DNA of 61,701 nucleotides, counting the filler, from Bipalium vagum (Eukaryota): assembly GCA_037834085.1 (NCBI GenBank). It is 3 parts of 3 records of this genome, joined end to end, with 100 filler letters (N's around TTAATTAATTAA, not from the genome) between each part and the next. Parts side by side here need not be neighbours in the genome. Positions count along the whole stretch, not along the records: positions 1 to 21,946 come from JBBMKC010228864.1; 2 more parts are not named here. The stretch is one strand, 5' to 3'. The position numbers and the translations under genes were made by a program. The notes under the pieces were generated by a model that was not told the origin of the DNA, did not search any database, and saw nothing but the letters and a program-made list of their open reading frames with translations. Shown in pieces: positions 1 through 12,900 of the stretch. The number at the start of each line of letters is the position of its first letter. Positions within the stretch are counted from its first letter, which is position 1.

Positions 1-148
1 CACTTCAAACATGGCATAGAATTGTTGGAGAACAACTGGACTAAATGTGTTGAATTGCTAGGAGACTATGTTATATATAATAATATGAATTTAAATAAAA
101 AATTTATGTTTTTTCTTTTTCGCTTTCAGAACTTTTCACGCAACCTAT
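1..148 (+). mobile_element. 3' end of a decayed mariner transposon
   Basis: Frame from base 1 reads HFKHGIELLENNWTKCVELLGDYVI*, matching the mariner transposase C-terminus (GI.KL..RW.KC....GDY). It is followed by a TIR-like TTTCAGAACTTTTCACGCAACCT. Confidence 0.75.
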
Positions 149-2200
149 AATTTACTGATTCATTAGTGTTTTAGTGATTTTCTGTGACTTGTGTTACTGT
201 AAAATTTTATAAGTGTAATGAAGTTTTTTTGTAATTATTTTGATTCAAGCGAGTTTAGATTTTTGTAGCAGTTTCAGTAAAACGAATACGACATTAAAGA
301 AGTGAGGAGTTAGTGAAGTTCGGGCTAAAGTTACATATTTCGATTATTTGAAAATAGTAATATAATTGTATAAATCACTTATCTCTTCTTCTTTTTATTT
401 TTTGACTCTTTTTTCTTGGTTCTCTACCGTTTTTCGAGAGCTGATTGTATTTGAATGGAAGTCTCCACAATATTTAAGAAAAGAGGTCCTTTAAGGACAG
501 CACAGAAATTGACAGAAGTCCCACATTTTGATTTTTTAATTAATTTTTGAAGACATTGTATTGGTTTTGAAAAACGTTAGAGTAAATCTTTAAAAAATTT
601 CTTTAGAAGATTAAATTGGCGTTAATCGAAGAAGAATTATTGTTTATTGTTTCGAAAAAATTACTACTTACGAAGAATTATTTTTGTAAAAAGATTTAAT
701 AATTTCTACAGTCGGAAGAACTGATAGCAAGAAGATCTTATTCATTACCTTCTTAGCTAGATCTATGTCTTTCTATGCCACATGATTTCAAACCTCTGAT
801 TGTCACCAGGCGAACCGAAAGATCCTAGATGATGACACACACCCTCAGATGTCAGCACATTCTTGTTTTTTATTGTTTACAATAGTTTCTCTAACATTTA
901 TTTCATGTTCTATGTATATTTGCTAAATTGATTTAAGTAATAATAAATGCTATTTGCACTTAAAATATTCTTGTTCATATTCTATATTTCATTTCATATA
1001 TGAATCCCGAACCAAAAAGTTAGAAATTATATTTTCTTAGAACAGTACCTTTCTTTGAACAAGTTAACTATGTTCTTACGTGGATGTTGAATAACAAATA
1101 TTGAAGTGCAAAGATTGAAGTTATATATTTTCATTATTGTTTATTTATATTTTAAATATTGTTTCTCAAATTTTTAATTTAATCTAATAGTATTAACTTC
1201 TACTACTCCAAATCAGTTTATTTCGAATATTCCTTCAATCCAGAACAAATTTTCAACACAGAAATATCATCACGAGATTTTGATTAAATGTTTAATCTAG
1301 ATTAAGGTTAATCTGGAATAACTTTCAGGATCAAAAGCAATGCATAGTTCAGTGTTTTTTTTATTCTCGAAACCTCCCTAATGTGTTACACCAACTGTCT
1401 AATTTTCTAAGAACTATTATAATAGGGAACGAAAGATATATTGATAGTAACAATGAAATATTTTCCTCGAAAATTAAAAAAAAAAAATTATACATAACAA
1501 AATATGGTTTGCCAGAAGAGAAACCTTGACAAGCATGTCCTCTTTCAACAATAATGATTTTTCATCAATTTACACAGATTCAGTTTACCTTTAATGAAAA
1601 CAGCTCAACATTTTTTCCACAAAAAGAACCCACGAGTCTCACTTTTTTTATAAAACTTATTACTAAATATGTCTTAATTTCCTAAATCAAAATGTCCGCC
1701 AATAATTAATTTTATGAAATTTGTAACTATGCTTACCATTGATTTCGTAAACGGTCGATTGTATTCAAATAATAAAATCAAACTTATTTTAAGATTTAAA
1801 TTTTATTTGAATTTTAGAAATTTGTCTATTATTTTTTACAATCTTCTTAAGGTAAGAGATACTTATTTGTTTTGTAGCATTAAAATGATAAAAATAGCAC
1901 AAAAATAAAACTTGGTTAATGATGAAAAGTACAATTTGATTAAAATTTTCCTGGTTATGGTGGAATAATTTGAAATCTGAAAAAAAACTATTATTATTAC
2001 TTGCAAAATACAAAACTGTGCTTTTATTAATAAAAAACAAAAACAAAATAAAACAAAAACTTAAACTTTAGAAATTTAATCAAATTGTATGAATAATAAT
2101 TGCACACTTTTTCCAGTTGTATGTTCATTTAACAAAGAAACCGGGTAGCAACCAATCAATGTCAAGGATTGAAAAATAATTAATTGCACACACACACAAA

Positions 2201-5200
2201 ATGGTGAGTTGATTTTGTCGTTCATTTTAAATTGTACTCCCTAATGAAGTTCATCAATATCGGTTTTGTTCAACGAGTACGTTTTGTTGTTTCCGTGGGC
2301 TTTGTTTGATTGGTGTCAATCGTTAATTTTTGTCGCCATTTTGATTTTTTTCTGTTTTCGCTCATATTAGTCAACTGATAGTCAACTTACGCCGAAAGTG
2401 GATTCATTAGCTCAAGAATTTCAAGTTTCATTAGCTGCCGTTAATCAAACATCAATGACTGCTGCAGCTGCTGCCGCTGCTAATCCGAAAATTGGTACAC
2501 TGATACCAAATCGAATATTTGTTGGAGGCATTACGTCAAATGTTTGATCAACATATTCTTTACTTACTGGTATTGATTTAGATGTTTTAAATGTGTTTAG
2601 ACAACTGAAGAAGAATTGAAGATTTTTTTTTCCAGTTACGGTCCGATTAAAGATGTTAAAATTATTAATGATCGTACTGGTTTATCTAAAGGGTATATTG
2701 TTTTAAGAATTACATGGATGTTAATTTTGTTTTTTTGATTTTTATTAAAGGAGTTATGGATTTGTAACTTTTGAAAACCAAGAAACCGCAGAGAAAATTA
2801 TCAAAAATGAGGTTGGAAATGTTGAAATAAATTTATACAACGTATTTGATTTTAATTCTATTAGGCTGAAACCCTAATATTTAAAGAGCGGAAATTGAAT
2901 ATTGGACATGCAGTTAGGAAACAGGTAGTTATTGTAGTAAAATTCACAGTAAAGTTGTAAATTTAATAAATTAGCACTTATTTCCACGTCAGGGTATGTT
3001 ATATAAAATGTTCAGTTATTTTTGTTAAATTTGTATAGTCTCATTTTCCCTCAATAATAATATTTTTCACAGAAATATCGGGCACAGTGTTGTACAATGG
3101 TCCTGTTCCGTATGCTTTACAAAACGGGCTAACCTTATTTCAAGTACCCGGTCAAGATTACTCGGTTATAGCATCTCAGGTGATAAAACGTTATTTATTG
3201 TAAATAATTTTTCAATTCTTGCTTCAATAACTTGTAAATAATATTTGAGAATATCGTAAAAAAAGTGTAAGGTATCGAGAATTTTTAAATATTTCTTTAA
3301 TTCTCTTGTCTTCATGACTTTAAGGTTTAAATTAATTTTCATCTGTTTGGTATTGAAAAAGTTAATTTAAAAAACTTTATTTTGGATTTTAAAAAATTTA
3401 ATAAAATCATCAATGACGGCCATTTAAAGTAGTAAAAGCAAAAATTTTTTTTAGTACTAAATGTATAAATGAATTTTTTTGAGGTATAATTTTTAATAAA
3501 TTATAAAAATTCCAATTTTAATAAATTTTTTTATTTAATAAATTGCATTATATTTTATCAGTCTCCCCAATATGCAACTATGATGTTACCTCAGCCTACC
3601 ACAGCAATGTACTTGCCCCAACCTCAATATGCGTATCAGACTCCTACTGCAGTGATTCCTAATTCAAATAACCCACAAGTTACATTTACTCAAAATGGTC
3701 CGGGAACTGCAGGATCGGCTGCAGCAGCTCCTTGGTATACTTTAGCGGGACTTACAGCGGCTCCTCAGTCTTCACAAATATCAACGAATAACAGCTCCAA
3801 TTCTATTGCTCAAACTTTGCGATGGGCTGCCTCTACTGGATCACAAGTCTTGATTTTTTATCTTAAAATATACTTTTAAGGTCAGTTAATTTTAGAGTCC
3901 TCCTCATTCTAATGTTACACCTGCAGCAACTTATTTACTTAGTCCTATGGCTAGTGCATCTGGTCATGAAGTTTTATACATTCCTCATACAGGGTCATGT
4001 ACACCAAATTCCAATAATGATTTCTCATCGGATAATGTTAACACTAATATTCTGGAATCTAGTGATGTACTTTAAATGGAATTGTATAGAAATTTATTTA
4101 GTGGAAATGATCTTGATTTTAGCACAATGAAAGCACTTTGATTCGAGGGAGTCTTCAATATGCCACTTTCAATGGATCTGAACGTATAATTCCTATAGGG
4201 CATGCAGCAGCGGGATCTGCTCATAGATTGTTTACTGCTGCTAATTCTGGATTACAATCGGGAGCTCAATTTAATCCTCAAGTAATTTTACCAATACAAT
4301 TGATATTGAAATAGTTCTTCGTATAACTTTTTTAAATGGTGTAATTAATGAGACGAAACTATCAATTTTATTTAAATGGTATCACAAAATAATGAACATT
4401 TGTAAGCATTAGTTGCTCAGATGAATGAGATAAAATTGGAATTTTTAAACTAACATTATTTTTCATAAAAATTTTTATCAATTGTAATATTAGTTTTATT
4501 AACTGAAAACAACGGTGATGAATAATTTTCAAAAACTAAACAACTTGTGTGCATTATAAAGAAAATCAAACTTATTAAAATGTGTTATCTATATTTTAAT
4601 TATTAACCAAATACTAGAAAACAATAGTATTAATCTAGACCTCAAGTCTAGTTTAATTAATGTCCACATAAAATATTAATTTAAAACAGTAAATTTTTAA
4701 TATATATATTTAAATGTTCATTTTGAAAATAACTCTTGTGAAACTTAGAATTGTTACAAATGGTTTTGAATTTCATTATAAATCTTTGTACCAGTTTTCT
4801 ATTTTACGAAAATATATCCAAAAAACTAAATTATCTAAGACTTCTATTTTTCAGACAAATATCTCAAAAAAATTAATAGTCAACTCGATAAATGTTATTT
4901 TTCACCGATTTTTGCAATTTCCGAAGTTTGTCATGTTTTATGTATTACTCAAGGTGTTTTTTTAATTGTAACAATTTTTTGTTAAAAAAATTTTTTTAAC
5001 GAAAATAATTAATCATTATAATTTTCATAAATTATATGAACATGCTTCAAAAATCAAGCAAATATCTTTAAGTAAAGGAGATAATTGATTATGTAAATAA
5101 ACATCCAAATATAAGTCATACGAACATTTATTAAAATTTTAAGAATATATTAGATTATCAAAATTTTCTTAGATTTCAATGACGAAAAAACAGTTGATAG

Positions 5201-8200
5201 AATTTGAGACAAATTGAACTACATTTTTTATTTGAAAATAAATGTATCTTTTATGAATGTTTTAACTAATTTGTAGTAGTGTAAAAATCGTATAATAACA
5301 GACAAGGTATTATGAAAGTTTTTATATATATTGCTACGAAGAATTGATTAACAGCTTAGCTTGTTTGTTCTGCTTAATATAAGGTCACCTTATTCCTTTA
5401 GGACTTAAGCTTACCCAGACGAAGAGTTTCTTGTCAAACTTTTGAACTAGTTTGTATCTCAAAAATCTTTTGTACACACAGAGCTTACAGAATATAATAC
5501 CATTACCAGTTCAAGGTGAAATAGCTTACATCATCCATTAATACATCCAGAGTTTTCTGGATTTTGGACGACTATCTTTTACTGCTTGTTTCTATTTGGC
5601 TTTCTGGTTTTCTTAAAATTCTTTAAGCTTGTCTTTGAATGCAATATTTTAGAAATATAGCTCTGGTCACATTTGAATTTTCTCGCTACCCAGATTTGTT
5701 CTAAAAAAGTCTACCAATCTTTTGAATTCTTTTATTTGTAATTATTTTAGCTTTTCTATTTTGCTATTTTCCTATAAGCAGTAGCTTTGGATATGCCACA
5801 ATCCATAAAAAATATTTTTAAAAAGTCTTTGAAATATTTGTCTTATAAAAATTTACTACAATTTCTTCAATATTCTTGACTTTCGTCATCTCTAAAATTA
5901 TGATTATTTATGATAATTTTAATTTAAATATTACTAATTTTTTAGGTTATATAAACAAGTAGTATTTTATATTAAAACAGTTTATTTGATTACATTGAAT
6001 ATTTAATGAAGGATGGAGACATCAAAGTTTGTTTCAAAATTTTGTCATCACCTGTTATTTGAAGCCTGATCAAAAAATGAATCAATTATTAACATTAATC
6101 ACTATCTTAAATTTCCAATAATTTATTTAAAGTTCCTGGAATTTATTAATTTAATAAAAAAGCAATGATTGGTTTTACTCTGAAAAGATTTACTTGACAA
6201 ACCAACGGTTAACAACATATTGAATTTTAAATCATCAGTCCGGTGTCTTGATAAGTTTAAAGCATCATATGATATTAAAAAAAACTATATTATTTATCCG
6301 GAAAAGTTTATAACTTGCAAAAGGTGGATTTTCCGGACGGTATAATTCAATAAAAAATATTTTGAGAAAGTACCAATCATACAAAATTTATAATTGTGAT
6401 CAAACCACTCTATTTTACAAAATGATGCCATAAAAAATTTTCAATTAAAGACCAAAGAATGTGGAAAAAATTTAAAGAGAGGATATCTGTTTTGTTATGC
6501 ACGATTATGGGTGAAGTCATAAATTAAAACCATTCATAATAGGAATGCATAAGAATCAGAGAGCTTTTAAAAATTTCAATTTTTGTAATTTTTGTAGATA
6601 TTTAAATAACAGAACTGTCGTGATGAATTAAGGGCCTGACTAATGAATTTCGATCGTATGATGATAAATTCCTGAAATTGTGTTTTACTTCTGTGTTATA
6701 ACTATCCAGCTCATACAATTACATATACACCATCATATGTTGAATTTTTTTATCAAAGAATTCTACTTCAAAAAGTCAACCTTTAGACTGGTATTATTAG
6801 AAGCTTCAAAACAAAATATGATTTCCAAATACGGAAATCGATTCTTTGATTTCCGAGGATGTTACTGCTTTTTAGTTTTGTAAAAGTAGGATTTTAGTGA
6901 AAGATACAATTATACTCTTATAGTTCGATGTATCATCTTCAATAGTTATTAATTGTATATAAAGAATGCAAATTACTGACAGATTAAAAGAAAATGATAT
7001 GCTTGATCATTTTTAATAGATGATAACGAATTTGATTTACCTGGTGAAACAAAATTTAATCATTTCTACTTAAATGAGTCTTTAGATGAATAAAAACACT
7101 AATATAATGATCAAAAAACTAGTAGTCAGCTTAATTGAAGAAAAACAGCTTTGGCATTCTTAAAAATAGATTTTCTCATTACATGAAACTGGTTATAAAT
7201 TCAAAGAAATTATTTGAATTATTTATCAACATAATACAAATGAAAATAACGGATTATAATTACTAGGTTGTGAACATGAAAAAACACAGTAAAAAATTAC
7301 CAAACTTAAATAAAAGTGCATTCTTTTAAATTATGAAATTCCAAATTTTAATGCAATCTATCAATTTTTTAAATTATCCACTAACATTAAAATTACATAA
7401 TCAGTTTTGATTTTTTTAGATCGAAAAAGGTGAATTCCGCATATTGATTAAGCATTATTTTTTACGATACGAAAACACAAAAAGAATCAAAAGAAAAAAA
7501 ATTGATAAATGTTGTGGTTACTTTAAACGCTGTCGTATAAGCACAGATGATGGTGAACGGAAGCGGTCATCAAATTGAATTGATTGTAACAGAGAACATT
7601 CAAAAAATCCACAAAGCAATTATGAATGATCGAAAAATCAAAATCTGCGAGTTATCTAATCTGGCAAAGATATCAGTCAATAGTGTTTGAAAAATAATTC
7701 ACGATGAATTGGAAATGAAAAAGCTTGGTGCAAAATGGGTGCAGAGCACTTTGACAATCGATCAAAAGCAACAATGATTCAAAGCTGTGTTTAAGAGTTT
7801 TTAATAGAAATCCAAATTAATTTTTAATAATCATTGATGAAACTTGGATACATAACTACACACGGGGATCATCACGAAGTGAAAGCAATGGGTAGGACCC
7901 GGTGAAAGTGCTCCACACTGGCCAAAATCATCGAAGTCAGCTGGAAAGGTTATGGCAATTTTTTTGGGACACCCATGGAAATAATATTCATTGATTTCCT
8001 TGAAAAAGAGAAAACTATAACGGGACAATATTATGCAGCATTATTGGATCAATTAAGTAATATAATCGTAGAAAAAGGTGTTGTTTCATCATGACGATGT
8101 ACCACCTCACCGAAGTGTAATTTCAACGGCTAAAATACACGAATTGCGCTACGATTTGCTTCCACATCCATCGTATTCTCCGGACTTAGTACCCAGCGAA

Positions 8201-8892
8201 TTTTTCTTATTCCCAAACTTCAAAAGATGGCTCTTTGGTAAAATATTTTACAGAAATGGTGAAGTCATAGATGGAACTACAGATTATTTTGAAGGGTGGG
8301 AGAAATCATATTTTTCAGAGGGTATAAAAAAACTTGAAGGGTCGATGGAAGCGATCTATCCTCCTAAAAGGAGACTGTTGAATAATAAAACTTGTTCATG
8401 TGTGAAAATTGTTTTTCTTTGTTAGACCAGGGACTTTTCGAACGACCTCTAGTACAATAAAGTTCAGTTGATTTTAAATACAGCTTTGTCTTTTTGACAA
8501 TTTACTATTTCTGAAGTTTATTATTTTCTAAAGTTTTTCATATTTATTGAAAAACAGTACGATGCAAACTTTTGAGGGCTAGCTCTAATTAACATATTAA
8601 TGATATTATTGATATTAAAGGTATATTTTTAACAAAAGTTATTATTCAATAGTATGGTTATGTTTTTTATCCATTTTTAATGTATATTATTTGTAATTTT
8701 AATAATTTGATTTTTTAGGCTTTTAACAATCCACAAAATCAATTGAATCAGGCTGCAGCATTAGCAGCTCAATGTGGACAAATTGCTAGAATGATTCCGG
8801 CATGTTCGGTGTTGACAGCTTCTAATCTATCACGTCCTTTAAGTAGAGGAGCACCAGGTGATAATATGCAAATGTGTAACAATCATCAATAG
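2201..8892 (+). CDS. boule: Boule (DAZ-family RRM RNA-binding protein), 11 coding exons, ~433 aa
   Basis: GT-AG exons in consistent phase: 2201-2203 (ATG only), 2371-2541, 2601-2692, 2751(or 2754)-2811, 2865-2924, 2975-2993, 3073-3179, 3562-3846, 3896-4066, 4123-4281, 8719-8892 (TAG). Translation contains PKIGTLIPNRIFVGGI (RNP2), VKIINDRTGLSKG(S)YGFVTF (RNP1), RKLNIGHAVRKQ and a DAZ-repeat-like VPYALQNGLTLF, followed by a P/Q/A/S-rich tail. The low-complexity 3' exons are less certain than the RRM exons. Confidence 0.93.
5000..7100 (+). mobile_element. Decayed pogo/Tigger (CENP-B-like DDE) transposon in the last boule intron; boundaries approximate
   Basis: Broken frames at ~6385-6575 read FYNCDQTTLFYKMMP...KERISVLLC...KLKPFIIGMHKNQRAFKN, and ~6745-6790 reads FLSKNSTSKSQPLD. 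These resemble the Tigger motifs N.DETGLF, KER.TVLLC, KLKPLVIGK and PPNTTS.LQPLD. Confidence 0.7.
5330..6056 (-). mobile_element. 5' fragment of a Tc1/mariner-superfamily element nested in the Tigger remnant
   Basis: TIR-like end CAGGTGATGACAAAATTTTGAAAC on the minus strand at ~6056-6032. Minus-strand fragments read MDDVSYFTL and KLVQKFDKKLFVWVS, resembling the first catalytic D region and the K.LVW motif. Confidence 0.55.
7415..8452 (+). mobile_element. Decayed mariner (DD34D) transposon in the last boule intron
   Basis: N-terminal EFRILIKHYFLR, KKLGAKWV, IDETWIHNY, KSSKSAGKVMA. ORF 8078-8425 contains HHDDVPPH and HPSYSPDLVPSEFFLFPNFKRWL. There are multiple stops and frameshifts. A right TIR-like GGGACTTTTCGAACGACCTCTAG is followed by TA. 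Confidence 0.9.
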
Positions 8893-9964
8893 ACAAATGA
8901 ACTCTACCTCCACTTATTATTATGATTAAAGACAGTAATCGTATTTATTATTATTATTATCATTATTATTATTGTTCAATATTTTAGTATAAGCCTCATC
9001 TCTCAGTTTATTATTATTAATTATTATCATTCTGATTATTTTACATGTGTAATTCTCTGATAATACTTTGATTTTTATATATGCATGTAGCATTTTATTT
9101 TAGTAGCTTTTTGATTTAATATTGATCTTATAAATTGTTGGATGATAATCTGAATTTGGATTTGATCATTCATTCAATCACTTGTTGTTATAGCATATTT
9201 TGGGCCAGTCTATATTGTTAAGTAGCATGACAATGATTTTTTAAAATTTAATCTTATTGTCATCGTCATATTAGTGTATCCATCCTCCTTTAATGTAGAG
9301 ATCTGGAATTATTTGTTGGTGGTTCAAATTTTCATATAGTTGTCTCTGAAGCACAAAAATTAAGTTTATTATTGATCTTAACTAATGAACTACTTTTGCT
9401 GGTATTGAGTTTTAAACGTGTGACAGATTTGGATGAAAATCGTAAAGAATCTATTTGTGTTTTACTTAGATGATGGTGTCAACTTTTCCACTTTTTAACT
9501 TACTTTATGGAGGTATTTAGAGCAGAGATTTTTGTAATAATTGCACTTTTGGAAATGCAAGTAATGGATGAAGGTTAATATGGTTGGGTGACGGTTGTGT
9601 TCTAGTATTAGAAGGGTTTATTGTTCATTAATTTAGTTAGACTTTATGATATGATAATATGATGCGCCATGCTATTTGTTGTATCTCTTTCAATAATTAT
9701 TGTTTCATTTTCAGTTCTCATTTATATATTTTATTGATTTACTTTTCCTGTCGAAGTCTTTATAACATTGCCTGCTATATATTAATAATATTATAGTCAT
9801 ATACATATAATATTATATTCTTGATGTATAACTATCTTTTATGATATTGGCCTAAGATATTGAAGTGTTAATGTTAGTTTGTTAATTAGATGTTATCATT
9901 AAAATATATGGTGTTTTGTTTCATTAAATATTACAAGATTATTATATTTTAACATTATCAGTAA

Positions 9965-12900
9965 TTAACATAATTTATCACTATTGGTGTTTATTTTATA
10001 TTTCATGTTTCGCTTATTGTCACACTTGATCCTTCTAATTCTTTGCAGCCTTTTTGGTCGAAAGCATCGTATATTTTGAAAGCCGATTTTTATCTCCTTT
10101 AAACGATAGCAATAAAGTAGTGGATTTAAAACACAACTGAGAACTGGAAGAATCATTAGCCATCTTGTCAGTAAAATCAAATTTCGTTGGTCTACTTCGA
10201 ATTGATAAAATGTTGTTATTGTTAAATACATTTCTAAAATGAAAGAAGGTAAGTAACAGCAAACAAAGCTACTAAAGAGGACTAAAGTTGTAAATATCCC
10301 TCGACAGTTTCGTCGAAATTTTAGAAATTTGGAAAGGCGATTGTACCAAATACATCTGATAAGAATTTTGTTATTGGTTTCTGAAAATGAAAACTGCTTT
10401 CCGAATCCATGAATGCAATGAATTGTGACACCATAAACTGTAGACACTATAAAGAATCCGATAATTGTTATTATAAATGTTAAGAAGCCAGATTTCGCGT
10501 GATTGTTCCATAATAGGAAACACAGTGATAGTGAAAATGAAATTGGGAAATTTTTATCTACTTTTGCGAAAGGAAAGTACAAAAAACCGTTTCCACATAT
10601 AACTGATATAAATATGATGAAAAAAATCCATATTTTGATATTTACCTCTTTCATAATACTAGAATAGCTGAATGGATGTAGAATCGCAATGTATAGGTCA
10701 ATGGATAAGGAAATCAAGCTCAACAGAGTTCCATTGTAAGAAATGACGCGAAAAGTGTACAATATCAATGCAAAACAAGGATTGTAGAACTTGACATAGG
10801 CTTCATTAAAATTCATGGACATGTTTTCATTATGAGACATGACGATTTGGTTTGACTGGTTCAACTTCAATTCAAAATAAAAATACTTTAAATTAGAAAA
10901 TAAATACTATGCATAATAGTTATATATTTCCATGAATGATTATTTTCAAATAAAATCTGAAACAACAACTGAAGACTTGCATGTCAACTTTATCAGGAAA
11001 ACATGTCTTCAATTTTTATATTTTTAAATCAGATTTCATAAAAATTAAAATGTGTAAAAAAATTAATCATTAATATATGATACAATATTTTAAGAATGTT
11101 ATATTTAAACATTGATTTTAACTTAATTAATAATCAAAATTCTTAGCTCCAGTGAAAATATGAATATTTAAGATTTATTGCTTTAAATTTTATTAGAAAG
11201 GATTTTGCTTATCTGGATCATATATAACTGCTTCTTCACAGAAAATCTCCCGATTTTTTGGTTTACAAAACTCGATAGATTTTTAGGAATTTATTTCTCA
11301 ATTAAAAAACAGAAAATAAGTTTTGGCGAGTGAATTCTTAATTTAATTTTTAAAATATTAAAATAAAATGTCAAAAATTCCAATGTGAATCGAATTATGG
11401 TTTATTTTGAATCTAAATTAATAAATATATTTAATAAAAAACAGGTTACCACTAAAAAATATTTCAATATTGGTAAATTCGATCAAATTTAATATTTTCT
11501 ATATGGATATTTTCTGGGAAAAATAAAATTCTATTTTGTCTTCATTTGCAAAATCTGCCTCTTTAAATTTTACAACCAAATAATCTTAGTCATATTTGAC
11601 CCATTGAAATTGATAATAGAGAAATATTGGAGATAATTTTAAGTGATATTGAGATCAAACGGCCACAATTATTGTATGAATACTTGCTTTTTTCCCATTT
11701 AACAGTTTCAGGACAATTAATTATTATGAACAAGACCACCTTAAAATCAAAGAAGGAAAAATATCTATTTCCTTTTATGGGTATTACAATCAACAGGTTT
11801 AAAGTTAAATAATTTTTTTTATTATGTGGTGCCTGAAATTTATGATAGAAATCCAGAATATTTCTGCTAGGAGCTGAAATGTTTTCATCATCAACATGTT
11901 GGTAAACAATCCAATTTTGGTTTATCGTACAAAGATGCCGTTAAGGTTTAAATTACTGAAACCATTAATAGACTTCATTAAATGCAGAATTTTAAAAATT
12001 CTGACATAATTAATCTCAATTAGCAATCATAAAAAATAATACCAGCTTCTTTTTATCAGAATATGAAATGATTATTTCATTAAAGTATTTCATTAAAGGA
12101 CATTTTTTATGATAAAACTTTTTTAACAATATTACATTTTTTACAAATTAGTAAAATAATTTTTTCAAAGCATGTTTCAACTCCATTTCTCAAAACTTTT
12201 GGACAAACTATAGTCGACATGATTTTGAAACACTTTTTATAAACTGAATTTAAGAATTTTTAAACTTCGATTGTGTCGTTTTTGGTTCTTAGTTTTATAT
12301 ATACAGTGCGACACAAATTTATTTACGCACTCAAAAAAATCAATCAAATTTAATTTAATTTTTAAATGGTAATTTATATTTTATTAATGGTTTAATATAA
12401 ATACTATATCTGAGTACAATTTTCACAACAATTACAGTTAAATTTATTAAGTGAAATCAAATTAAATACAATTTTGTTAAAATAGTCCAATTTATATTGA
12501 CACATTTATTTACGCACATTTTAAAGTTATATATTTTTATCAATTTTTTGCTAATTAATAAATTTTTTTGGAATATTAAGAGTAAGTCATGTCTTTTATA
12601 AAATGTAATAATTTTATACATATGATAATTTAATACATGTTTCAGAAATATACCAAAAGTAAGGGAAATGAGTCAAAATGAAGGCATGATCGATGCCTAT
12701 AAAGGATGTAGCAAATCAAATCGATGGATAGCAAACATGATTGGAAAAAGTGAAGGAGCCATTAGATATTATTTTAAAAATAAAGGCCAAAAATAGGGAA
12801 ACGTGGACCAATACCCAAGCTCTCCCTTTCCACAGAGCGTCTAATAATTCGCAATGCCAATAATAAAGCCACATCAATCTCAAAATTGAAAAGAGAAATA

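Noticed and set aside
790-850. Hammerhead ribozyme core
   Set aside because: CTGAT and GAAA are present, but the CUGANGA core and the three stems are not.
1714-2046. Overlapping short ORFs upstream of boule, and similar F/I/L/K/N-rich ORFs at 4714, 11590, 18343, 23092, 27040, 31735, 33554, 50276, 54830, 56282 and 59771
   Set aside because: Their composition is what AT-rich non-coding DNA produces by chance, with no recognisable motifs or supporting exon structure.
3912-4130. 72-aa ORF from the ORF track
   Set aside because: It is an out-of-frame reading of boule exon 3896-4066.
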